Part shown: positions 55,444-64,000 of the stretch, piece after piece
Position numbering within the stretch: the first letter of the stretch is position 1
How the letters are laid out: every line of letters begins with the position of its first letter
Assembly (NCBI GenBank): GCA_051882475.1
Contig: JBJERW010000088.1
Location: 598 to 64,597 of the forward strand
Source: Huintestinicola sp.
Lineage (GTDB): Bacteria > Bacillota > Clostridia > Oscillospirales > Ruminococcaceae
Direction: 5' to 3'
Length of the DNA: 64,000 bases
Program-made: the position numbers and the translations under genes
Notes under the pieces: model-generated
Seen by the model: only the letters and a program-made list of their open reading frames with translations
What the model was told of the DNA's origin: nothing
Database searches by the model: none

Positions 55444-57039
55444 TCAAGTATATTCAAGGTATATCTTTATTGTCCTTGTGTTGGAATTGCTGTTGTGGTA
55501 AACGGTGTCAACCTTGAATTTGTTGGGCAGCTCGTCGTTCAGCGGCGAAATAATGTCGATGATATTTCCCGAACCCTGAGAGAAAAGCAGGTCGATAAGC
55601 TCATCGTAAAGCTGAGAGCTGCTGCACATGAACTGTACCGTGGAGGATTTTTCGCTGTTTGCGGCACGGACTTCACGTTCAATTATCTCTATCGCCCGTT
55701 CCTTGCTGTCCGCCACAAGATCGTTCCATGAGTAGTACTGATATTTTGTTCCCTCTGCGGCAGGGAGGGGGTAGTCGAGGGTATCCACTGTGCGCAGCTG
55801 CCTTATCCGTTCATCGGTCAGTCCGAAATAATCGTATCGGACGGAGTCGGGGAAGGAAGCTCTGTCGGGGTCGTCCCATGTCAGGTCGATATGATACCAG
55901 TCGCCGTCCATTTTTACCATGTTCCACATATGCTCTTCGCTTGCAACGCCGAGGACGGTGCAGCTTTCTATGCCCAATCTGCTGCAAAGATATGAAAATG
56001 TATGAGCATAGCCTTGGCAGAGCGCCTTTTTCGTGACAAGGCAGCCGTAGATGCTGTTCATGTCGGCGCTTTCGCTGTAGACGCAGCTTTTGATAACGTA
56101 GTCATGAATGTACTTAACGATCTCATAGTCGGACATTTCGGGAGTAACGGCGGAAAGTATCTTTTCCGCTGCGGCTTCGATCTCCTCTTTCATTTCCTTT
56201 ATCTGCGACACAGAATAGTTGTACCTTGGGTTCATGGCAACGATATAGTCGTTGCTGTTCAGGGAATACTCAATGGTGGGGGAGATGTAGAAAAGGGAAT
56301 ATTCATCGTTGTAGATAAGCTGATAGGTGTTGAACAGCTCGTCGTAGGTTATCTGCTCCGATGAAGAAAATGTGATGGTCGATTTGCATTCAAGCATAGC
56401 GCTTGTAAGCTTGTCGTAAAGCGCCAGCTCTTTTTCGGAAAGAGATGTGCAGCTGTAGGGGCGTGTGATGATATTCCGTCCAGAATAGGGTGATCTTTCC
56501 TCGGAAACCGTAAGGGAGGATACTTCCGAACCGCCCGTTGTTTCGGAAGAAGTTTCGGTCGTGTCCGAATTTGTTTCCGATGACGATCCCGTCAGGGAAG
56601 CGCTTGTCAGACTGCCCGTGTAGCCTGTTTCCGACTCGGCGTAAGGCGGAAGAGTCTGAGTTTTCTCGTAATATTCGGAAAGGCCCACTTCGGGAACATT
56701 GCTCAGGTCGAGATTTGTGGTACCTTCGGTCACGGAAGGCACAGTTTCAGTGACAGTTTCGCTCTCCGAAGAGGATACGGTTTCCTCCGTTTCCTCGGTC
56801 AGAGTGGTGGCGAGCTGAGGAGATGTTTTTTCCGTTGTCGGTGTGGTCGTGACGGGGACGGTGACAGGCTCTGTCCGTGCCGAGGTGTCATATATGGTCA
56901 GTACTGTGTCCGTTGTCACAGCAGGGGGAACGGTGGGCATATCCACGTCTTCGGGATATTCCGTTTTCCTTTCGCAGCCGCAGAAAGTTACCGCCAGAAT
57001 GACCGATAATGCGGCGGCAAAGCTTTTTTTATACGGCAT
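55444..57039 (-). CDS. Transglutaminase-like domain lipoprotein with S/T/E-rich linker (4 of 5)
   Basis: FCGC lipobox; ALCQGYA, HMWNMV, YHIDLTWDD. Confidence 0.85.
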   Translation of the reverse strand: MPYKKSFAAALSVILAVTFCGCERKTEYPEDVDMPTVPPAVTTDTVLTIYDTSARTEPVTVPVTTTPTTEKTSPQLATTLTEETEETVSSSESETVTETVPSVTEGTTNLDLSNVPEVGLSEYYEKTQTLPPYAESETGYTGSLTSASLTGSSSETNSDTTETSSETTGGSEVSSLTVSEERSPYSGRNIITRPYSCTSLSEKELALYDKLTSAMLECKSTITFSSSEQITYDELFNTYQLIYNDEYSLFYISPTIEYSLNSNDYIVAMNPRYNYSVSQIKEMKEEIEAAAEKILSAVTPEMSDYEIVKYIHDYVIKSCVYSESADMNSIYGCLVTKKALCQGYAHTFSYLCSRLGIESCTVLGVASEEHMWNMVKMDGDWYHIDLTWDDPDRASFPDSVRYDYFGLTDERIRQLRTVDTLDYPLPAAEGTKYQYYSWNDLVADSKERAIEIIEREVRAANSEKSSTVQFMCSSSQLYDELIDLLFSQGSGNIIDIISPLNDELPNKFKVDTVYHNSNSNTRTIKIYLEYT

Positions 57040-57109
57040 ATGGCTTGCACTCCTTTTTATACTATAGCAATACACAAAAATATCCTGCCAAGTTCGGCGG
57101 TACTTTGCA

Positions 57110-58282
57110 TTACTCGTCTTCATAAAACATGGATATGTGGATTATCATTTCGGTGTCGTTGCAGTAGCGGACATATTTGCCGGGTTTAACCTTTCTCGGC
57201 GCTCCGCTGCTGTTGGCTGCGTCAAAAACCTCTCTGATCTTCTTGCTGTCGAAAAGCTTCGATACCGCCGAGGAGTATGCCTCATAGTTTGTGAATCTTA
57301 CAGCGGCATCCTTTCTGCCCTGTAAAAGCACGTCGGCAGCGTTTTGTTTGAGTATCTCGATACCCTCCTCCGCAGTTGAAGCGGTGAGGTTTTCTCTCAC
57401 GTAATAGCTGTTCCCGTCGGTGCACATGGGGGGGGTAAAGTATGTGCAGTCCACGATATGAGTAGCTCCGATAATGTCGGAATCCTGAACGAGGAAGTAG
57501 TAATATCTGATAAATTCGGTGTCGGGCGGATCGAGGATAGGGTCGTCCCAGGTGCAGTCAACGTGATACCATTTGCCGTCCAGCTTTACCATGTTCCATG
57601 CATGAAGCTCCCCTTCGGGATTGGTGCCGCTTACGGTGAAGCAGTCGATATCCGCCAGCATGCAGAGATAATCGAATGCGAAGGCATATCCCTCGCATTG
57701 GGCATATCCGTCCACGAGAGCGCCGTATATGGTGTTTACATACTCGGTATCCTTTGAAAAGGTGCAGTTCAGGACAAGGTGATCATGAAAGGCTTTCAGC
57801 TTTTCATAGTCGGTGGTTTCCTCGGTAAAACGGGAAAAAATGCTGTCGGTCACGCTGTCGATCTCCGCCTGCATTCGAGGTATATCCGCCTGCGGAAAGC
57901 GGTATTCAAGCCGAAGAGTGTTTGTTGCGGTATTGGGTCTGAAAAAAAGGCTTGCAAGCCAGAACTGCTCCTCCTCCTGATTGTAAACGGCAACCAGAAG
58001 CTTGCGAAGCTCGTCCGGTTCAAGGACTTCGGGGAAGGTAACGCTTGGGGCGAAGTTATCCACCGCCTCCTTGAAGATGTCATAATAGACCTGTTCCTGT
58101 GCGGAAAGCAGGCTGTAAATATAAACGCTGTCGTCTGTTATCTTTTCCTCATTATTCGGAGAAAGGCTGCCCGGACCTGCGCTCTCCTCAGGGAGAGATT
58201 CGCTGATCCTGGAACAGCCTGACAGAATTGAAGTTAGACACAAAACAGCGGCAGCAAGTATTGCAAACCTGCGTGTTTTCAT
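57110..58282 (-). CDS. Transglutaminase-like domain lipoprotein (3 of 5)
   Basis: LSGC lipobox; AQCEGYA, HAWNMV, YHVDCTWDD. Confidence 0.87.
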   Translation of the reverse strand: MKTRRFAILAAAVLCLTSILSGCSRISESLPEESAGPGSLSPNNEEKITDDSVYIYSLLSAQEQVYYDIFKEAVDNFAPSVTFPEVLEPDELRKLLVAVYNQEEEQFWLASLFFRPNTATNTLRLEYRFPQADIPRMQAEIDSVTDSIFSRFTEETTDYEKLKAFHDHLVLNCTFSKDTEYVNTIYGALVDGYAQCEGYAFAFDYLCMLADIDCFTVSGTNPEGELHAWNMVKLDGKWYHVDCTWDDPILDPPDTEFIRYYYFLVQDSDIIGATHIVDCTYFTPPMCTDGNSYYVRENLTASTAEEGIEILKQNAADVLLQGRKDAAVRFTNYEAYSSAVSKLFDSKKIREVFDAANSSGAPRKVKPGKYVRYCNDTEMIIHISMFYEDE

Positions 58283-58339
58283 GCATTTATCTCCGTAGAT
58301 ATTTATTTGGCTCGCCTGTTTTTACCGTTCGGTATCTTA

Positions 58340-59701
58340 TCAGTATACAAGGTCAAGCTCGATGATAAGAGTGTTGGGGTCGCAGTTTGATGTGACCTTT
58401 GTAACAGAGGAATTCTGTTCCTTTATCCAGTTTGCGTAATCCTTGAGATTTGCGGTGATGCTGTCGTAAACGGACTTGGAGGAAACCCTGATCTCGGCAA
58501 CTCTCAGCTTGGAGGCTGCAGCGGTCTTCATAGCTTCCTTGATAGCCTTGTCGGCAGAATTAACGTCTGAGTAAAGCTTGCCTGTCTGAGCGAAGTAGTT
58601 GTACTTTTCAGCCTTGCAGGCAGGAGGATTGAAGTATGTGACCTTTGTGCCTGTTATCTTCTGATTGATGTTGAAGTGGGACTTGTTGTGTATCCACTCG
58701 TCGGGAACGAGGAAGTAGTTGTATCTTACGTTTGTCTTGTCAACAACGGAAAGAATGGGGTCGTCCCATGTTGTGTCAAGGTTGTACCATTCGCCGTCAA
58801 CCTTTACAACATTCCATGCGTGGGAAGCGCCTTCGGAGTTCGTTCCGACAACTACCATGGATTCGATGCCTGCAAGGTCGCAGAGATACTGCATTGTCTT
58901 AGCGTAGCCCTCGCACTGGACAGTGCCCAGAACGAATCCGCCGTAGATAGTCTGATTGAAGCCCTCGGTCTTTTCAAAATCATTGTTGAGAGCGATAAAA
59001 TCGTGGAATATTTTCAGCTGGTCGAAGGTGGATTTTCCCGATGCGGAGGAAACTACCTCGCTTGCCTTTTTGTTTATTTCAGACTGCATCGTCTTAATAA
59101 GCTCGGGGTCGGTTTCCCAGTACCAGAGCTTTCCCTTCTGAACCTTTTTGGAGGTGAGCCAGAAGAGCTGGGGTTCCTGCATGTAAACACAGCCGTAAAC
59201 CTTTATCCACATTTCATCGGTAACGCTGTCGTCAACGGCAACCTTGAGCCTGAGTGACTGAGCGCCCTCAAGGATAGCCTTGTAAAGAGCCTTTTCTGCG
59301 TCGTTGAGCTGATTGTAGCCGTAGCGTGTTGTGCAGTCAACGGAATAATCCTTTACGACAGACTGCTTGGGGGCGGTGGTGCCCTCAAGTACCATGGAAG
59401 CGATATCGTCGTGATTTACGGGGACGGTGGTTTCGGAAGGAGCAGTATCTTCCTCGTCGTCGCCCACATCAATTCCCAGCTGAGCGGCAGGGTCTACAAA
59501 TTCGCCTGTTGTGGTGGTAACGTTTTCGCCTTCGATATCATCGGGGCTTGTGTAAGCAGCAGTGCCGTCGCTTATAACATTAATGGAAACATCGGATTCT
59601 GCACCGTCTTCGGCATCATTCTTTCCGCATGCCCCAAACATGGAGCAGGCTATTGCTATAGCGGCAAGGAGAGCAGTAATTTTTCTGAATTTCATTTTCA
59701 T
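58340..59701 (-). CDS. Transglutaminase-like domain lipoprotein (2 of 5)
   Basis: FGAC lipobox; VQCEGYA, HAWNVV, YNLDTTWDD. Confidence 0.87.
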   Translation of the reverse strand: MKMKFRKITALLAAIAIACSMFGACGKNDAEDGAESDVSINVISDGTAAYTSPDDIEGENVTTTTGEFVDPAAQLGIDVGDDEEDTAPSETTVPVNHDDIASMVLEGTTAPKQSVVKDYSVDCTTRYGYNQLNDAEKALYKAILEGAQSLRLKVAVDDSVTDEMWIKVYGCVYMQEPQLFWLTSKKVQKGKLWYWETDPELIKTMQSEINKKASEVVSSASGKSTFDQLKIFHDFIALNNDFEKTEGFNQTIYGGFVLGTVQCEGYAKTMQYLCDLAGIESMVVVGTNSEGASHAWNVVKVDGEWYNLDTTWDDPILSVVDKTNVRYNYFLVPDEWIHNKSHFNINQKITGTKVTYFNPPACKAEKYNYFAQTGKLYSDVNSADKAIKEAMKTAAASKLRVAEIRVSSKSVYDSITANLKDYANWIKEQNSSVTKVTSNCDPNTLIIELDLVY

Positions 59702-59793
59702 TACCTTTCAGTCCGTTTATCGGACTATTTCCTTTCTTGTTTATTTTACTTTTTTAGCAGAGTGCGTTTTTTGGGAGCGCCCCTGCTTTCTTT

Positions 59794-59842
59794 CTAAGGA
59801 AACGCTGAATAATGCGAAACGATTTATTCAGCGTTTTCCCAA
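59794..59842 (-). mobile_element. Internally deleted 41-bp MITE copy, inverted orientation
   Basis: ctaa-ggaaacgctgaataatgcgaa/acgatttattcagcgttttc-ccaa: both ends of the 110-bp element joined. Confidence 0.8.
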
Positions 59843-59847
59843 GGAGA

Positions 59848-61488
59848 TTATTCGTACTTAACGTCGTAATGAACAACGTAAACGCCCTTTGTGAAGCCGC
59901 TCTGTCTTGCAAGACCCGTTACCTTGGAGGACTTGCCCTTAGCGTACTTCTGATATACCTTTGCGGAAGCGTCGCTCATCATTTCATCGTAAAGAGCCTT
60001 TGATGTAACTCTGATCTCAACAACGTTCTTTCCGTTTGCGATAGCGTTGTCAAATTCCGCATAGAGAGCCGCTTCGGCATCGGTCTTGTTGTCATAGAGC
60101 TTCTTGTAGGCTGCAAAGTAGTTGCAGGCTTCCTTGGTGCAGCTCGGCTGGTCGTAAAGCTTGATAGCCGTTCCGCTGCTTCTGAACATTGTGTTTACGT
60201 TGTAATGAGTGATGTTGTGTATCCATGAGTCGGGAACGAGGAAGAATTCGTATGTAACGTAATCGGAGCCGAAGCTGTTTATGGGGTCGCCCCATGTTGC
60301 GTCAAGGTTGTAGTAGCCGTTTTCGCAGTATACTACGTTCCAAGCGTGGGAAGCGCCTTCGGAGTTTGTTCCCACAACTACCATGGATTCGATTCCCGCA
60401 AGGTCGCAGAGATACTGTACAGTCTTTGCATAACCTGCGCACTGGAGATTACCCTTGCCTGTAAGACCGTTGTAGATAGCAGTGTTGTAGCCGCTGTCGG
60501 ATTTGCTGAATTCGTTTCTGAGGACAATTGAATCAAAGATGACCTTGAGCTTTGAAACTGTGCCCGAATAGCCGTTTGCCTTGTTTAAGATCTCTGAAGC
60601 TGCTGCGTCGATCTCCTTCTGCATTGAAGCGATCTCGTTCTTGTCGGTTGTTTTGAAGGAGAGTGTTGCAAAGGACATTCCCACGGAGATGCTGCCGCCC
60701 ATCCAGAAGAGCTGCGGCTCTGAGTTGAATACGATGGAGTAAACCTTGATAACGTCGCTTTCGGTAAGTCCCGAAGGAATTTCCACAACGCTGTTGAGGC
60801 TCTTGACAGCTGAAACAAATCTATCGTAAAGCTCCTGCTCCTCGGCGGAAAGCTGCTTGTAAGCGTATCTGGAGGAGGACTTTATGTTGTAGTTTGAAGT
60901 GGATATCTGAGCGGAAGGCTCGGAAGAGGTGTTGCTGCTTGATTCCTGAGAAGCTGTTGTTTCCGCAGCTGCTGTGGTTGCGGCTGCTGTTGTCACTTCG
61001 GGCTTTGAATCGGAAAGATAATCCGAGTGGATAAATCCGCCGCTTGCAAGCTTATAGTAGCCTGTGTCGGTTATAGCTGTGACTTCCACCGTATCGCCGG
61101 CATAGTGCTGGGAAATAGGGGTTGAACCGACTATGGCACGTTCTCTCGAATAGCAGTTCTCGATAACATACATTGTTCCCGAGGTTTCGGTTTCGGTCCA
61201 CTCCTGAGCGTCGGAGGCTTCGGAGGTTTCCGAGGTTTCGGAGGTTTCCGAAGTTTCTGTTGTTGTTTCGGTCGTGGTTTCCGTTGATTCTTCCGTTAAG
61301 GGAACGGTGGTTTCGGCAGTAGTCGCCGTGGTCGTTAACTCGGTTTCGGAGACCGTTGTTTCGGCGGTAGTCTGTGATTCGAGGGGAGGAATGGTCATAT
61401 CTCCCTCTCCGTCGGCGGACTTACAGCCTGTTGCGAGAATGGACAGCGCCATTAATGCGGCAAGTACGGCATTAAGCTTTTTCTTCAT
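59848..61488 (-). CDS. Transglutaminase-like lipoprotein with SH3b-like domain (1 of 5)
   Basis: ATGC lipobox; T/E/S linker; GDTVEVTAITDTGYYKLASGGFIHSDYL; LQCAGYA, HAWNVV, YNLDATWGD. Confidence 0.87.
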   Translation of the reverse strand: MKKKLNAVLAALMALSILATGCKSADGEGDMTIPPLESQTTAETTVSETELTTTATTAETTVPLTEESTETTTETTTETSETSETSETSEASDAQEWTETETSGTMYVIENCYSRERAIVGSTPISQHYAGDTVEVTAITDTGYYKLASGGFIHSDYLSDSKPEVTTAAATTAAAETTASQESSSNTSSEPSAQISTSNYNIKSSSRYAYKQLSAEEQELYDRFVSAVKSLNSVVEIPSGLTESDVIKVYSIVFNSEPQLFWMGGSISVGMSFATLSFKTTDKNEIASMQKEIDAAASEILNKANGYSGTVSKLKVIFDSIVLRNEFSKSDSGYNTAIYNGLTGKGNLQCAGYAKTVQYLCDLAGIESMVVVGTNSEGASHAWNVVYCENGYYNLDATWGDPINSFGSDYVTYEFFLVPDSWIHNITHYNVNTMFRSSGTAIKLYDQPSCTKEACNYFAAYKKLYDNKTDAEAALYAEFDNAIANGKNVVEIRVTSKALYDEMMSDASAKVYQKYAKGKSSKVTGLARQSGFTKGVYVVHYDVKYE

Positions 61489-62845
61489 TTTCGGTTTGCT
61501 CCTTTTCTTCTTTGTTTTTATCGTCATTATTTGGTTTGATAACTGCCTTGATGCGGACTATCCTCATGTCCTCGGTGAGCAGGACGGTGAATCTGACGTT
61601 CCGGTAATCTGCTGAGGGCGTTTCGCCGTCCTCGGGTATGCTGCCGAGCAGGTCTGTCATGAATCCGCTCATTGTGTCAAAATCGCTGTCCTCGGGAAGG
61701 GTCAGCCCCAGACGTTCCATAACGTCGGAAGGGTCGGCTGTTCCGCTTATGGTGTAGGTGTCGTCGGATATCTTGGTGATGTCCTCCGCTTCGTGGTCGT
61801 ATTCGTCCTGAATGTTGCCCACTATAGCCTCCACAAGGTCCTCCATTGTGACAAGCCCCGCCGTTCCGCCGTATTCGTCAACGGCGACCGCAAGCTGGAG
61901 CTTTTCCGAGGTGAGCTTCTTGAAAAGATCTCCGCACATTGAGGTTTCGGGAACATATTCGGCATCCCTCATAAAATGCTTTACGCTCATGCCCTCTGCG
62001 GACTGTGTGCCGATAAGGCAGAGAAGATCCTTTACGTAGATGATGCCTGCGATGTGGTCGATGCTTTCCTCGTAAACGGGTATCCGTGAAAATCCGCTGT
62101 TTATGGCGGTGTAGACCACCTCGGATATCTCGGCATCAACGCTTACGGCGGTTATGTCTGTCCTGTGGGTCATAACGTCGCTTACGGTCAGCTCGTGAAA
62201 CTCAAAGACATTGTTTATCATTTCACGTTCGGACTGTTCTATGGCGCCCGTTTCGTTGCCTGCGTCCACCATCAGCCGTATCTCCTCTTCGGTAACGGCA
62301 TCGGGTACGGCTTTGCTCCCCGAACCTGTCAATCTCAGGATAAAGGAGGTCAGCGTGTTTGAAAAAAAGGTTATCGGTGTAAAAATTACTGACAGAGCGT
62401 AGACCGCAGGAGCGCATTTTGAAGCAAATCCGTCACTGTTTCCTCTTATGACTGCGTTTTTGGGCAGATTGTCCCCGAAAATGCTGACAATGAGCACCTC
62501 CGCAAAGATAAGAATGACAATTGCCGCAGCTCCCGAAAGAGCAGGATTTCCGCATACCGATGAAACGGCTTCGCTCAGCGGCTTGAAATAGAGATAGACC
62601 GACAGATAGGATATCAGCACAACTCCCGTTATACGTGCTGCGGAAAAAGCTGCGATAAGCTTGACGGGGGAGCTGAGAAGCTTGTAAAGAAGCCCCTTGT
62701 TTCCCGTTTCGTTTTCATAGCTTTTGACCTTTGGGTCGCTGATCTCGGTGACTGCGGTTTCGCAGGCGGAGAAAAACGCTCTCAGAGCGATAAGCAGTAC
62801 GACTGCGGCAGTTCCCGTCAGCATATGACTCCCGTCAGAATCCAT
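61472..62845 (-). CDS. HlyC/CorC-family (CNNM, CBS) membrane protein
   Basis: AFFSACETA, VTEEEI, SGFSRIPVY, VDEYGGTAGLVTMEDLVEAIVGNIQDEYD; start moved to 62845. Confidence 0.92.
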   Translation of the reverse strand: MDSDGSHMLTGTAAVVLLIALRAFFSACETAVTEISDPKVKSYENETGNKGLLYKLLSSPVKLIAAFSAARITGVVLISYLSVYLYFKPLSEAVSSVCGNPALSGAAAIVILIFAEVLIVSIFGDNLPKNAVIRGNSDGFASKCAPAVYALSVIFTPITFFSNTLTSFILRLTGSGSKAVPDAVTEEEIRLMVDAGNETGAIEQSEREMINNVFEFHELTVSDVMTHRTDITAVSVDAEISEVVYTAINSGFSRIPVYEESIDHIAGIIYVKDLLCLIGTQSAEGMSVKHFMRDAEYVPETSMCGDLFKKLTSEKLQLAVAVDEYGGTAGLVTMEDLVEAIVGNIQDEYDHEAEDITKISDDTYTISGTADPSDVMERLGLTLPEDSDFDTMSGFMTDLLGSIPEDGETPSADYRNVRFTVLLTEDMRIVRIKAVIKPNNDDKNKEEKEQTENEEKA

Positions 62846-63259
62846 AACCGACTTCCTTTCGTTTGCAAAAATTTGTTTTTTGGACCTATGCTGCAAAAAA
62901 GCATATGTACAGATGATACATAAACGATTATACACTAATTCTTCGATTATGTCAACATTACAAAAATATAATCTCTATAAATTCTCGGCGGATTTATTCG
63001 GTCAAATTGACCGAAAAGTCACGATTTAAAGATAATTTCCGTATAAAACACGGCATTATGTAAGATTTCTGTAATTTATTCGTAAAGTTGAGGTGTGTTT
63101 CGGCTCAATATGGTGTGATATGCCGTAAATGCTGATTTTCGGCGTGTAAATATGTGCAAAAATCATTGATATGCCTATTCCATTTTTTATAATTATATGG
63201 TATAATATATAAAATGCCTCCGTTTAAATAAAAACTGCACAGAATGCGCACGGAATGCA

Positions 63260-63377
63260 TTAGGAAAACGCTGAATAAATCGTTTCAGCCGTTTTTCGTC
63301 ACCCTCTCAGTGGCGGATTTTCGAGCGTTCCTCAAAACGGCGAAACGATTGCTTCGCATTATTCAGCGTTTCCTTAG
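63260..63377 (+). mobile_element. 110-bp MITE copy 2 with TTAG duplication, upstream of the flippase gene
   Basis: Two substitutions relative to copy 1; TTAG at 63260 and 63374. Confidence 0.88.
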
Positions 63378-63412
63378 CTTAAAGATAAGCATTTTGAAAG
63401 GGACTGTCAAAA

Positions 63413-64000
63413 ATGAACAAATACAAAAAGCTGTTCGGCAATACGCTGATCTTCGGCATAGGCTCCTTCGGAACAAAGCTGCTGGGATTTATTCTTGTGG
63501 CGCTTTATACCCGTGTTATGACCGAGGCGGAGTATTCCACCGCCGACCTTATCTACAACACGGTGAACGTTCTTGTTCCGCTGGTCACATTCAGCATGGC
63601 GGACGCTGTTGTCAGGTTCGGAATGGACAAGGATTATGACGACAGAAGAGTTTATACCGCCGCAAACGCCTGCGTGCTTGTGGGAATGACGGTGTTCATG
63701 CTCTTTACGCCTCTTGTCGCAAAAAACGGCAAGATAGGCGATTACAGCTTTCTGCTTTACATCTACTGCTATTTTTCCTGCTTCCGTCAGATGGCTTCGC
63801 AGTTTGTCAGAGCAAGGGGAATGGTCAAGCTTTTTGCGGTTGACGGCATAATATCCACCCTTGTGCAGGTCATATGCAATCTGCTGTTCCTGCTTGCGTT
63901 CAAAATGGGCGTAACGGGATATGTCCTTTCAATAATCTGCGCAGACGTATTCTCGCTGCTGTTCCTCACGGTAATGGCTCAGCTTAATAAATTTGTTGAC
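63413..64000 (+). CDS. Wzx-like polysaccharide flippase, 5' part (runs off the window)
   Basis: MNKYKKLFGNTLIFGIGSFGTKLLGFILVALYTRVMTEAEYSTADL..., successive TM segments; GAAAGGGA RBS; missing from ORF track because no stop is in the window. Confidence 0.8.
   Translation, partial: MNKYKKLFGNTLIFGIGSFGTKLLGFILVALYTRVMTEAEYSTADLIYNTVNVLVPLVTFSMADAVVRFGMDKDYDDRRVYTAANACVLVGMTVFMLFTPLVAKNGKIGDYSFLLYIYCYFSCFRQMASQFVRARGMVKLFAVDGIISTLVQVICNLLFLLAFKMGVTGYVLSIICADVFSLLFLTVMAQLNKFVD

Noticed and set aside
63244-63639. 131-aa ORF sharing sequence with the GH5 N-terminus
   Set aside because: Similarity comes only from the MITE; the real gene starts at 63413 in another frame

Overview
64 kb from an anaerobic Firmicute, most like Ruminococcus/Oscillospiraceae by gene content. 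Bases 1 to ~18,740 are the AT-rich right end of an integrated element (prophage- or ICE-like, type not resolvable here), ending in xis-int at the 3' end of tRNA-Leu(UAA). It carries orphan small genes behind a shared promoter motif, several candidate non-coding RNAs, an operon of SNF2 helicase + two DUF2971-like genes + a deletion-fused type III Mod/Res remnant, a GNAT/small-ORF pair, a RecD2-like helicase, a membrane-anchored TIR protein and an unannotated 30-aa type I toxin-like peptide. The higher-GC host part has a GGDEF/EAL protein, a succinate-fermentation cluster (mdh-fumC-hdrBCA-flxDCBA-soluble fumarate reductase-exporter), AraC/GH59/MATE, a fatty-acid-amide-type hydrolase-C-T-A-SCP2 cluster with TetR, a GH5 glucanase with an in-frame MITE in its signal peptide, hrcA-grpE-dnaK-dnaJ with CIRCE boxes and REP-like tandem repeats, five tandem transglutaminase-like lipoprotein genes, a CorC/HlyC gene and the start of a flippase. 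All calls come from motifs read by eye, with no database searches.
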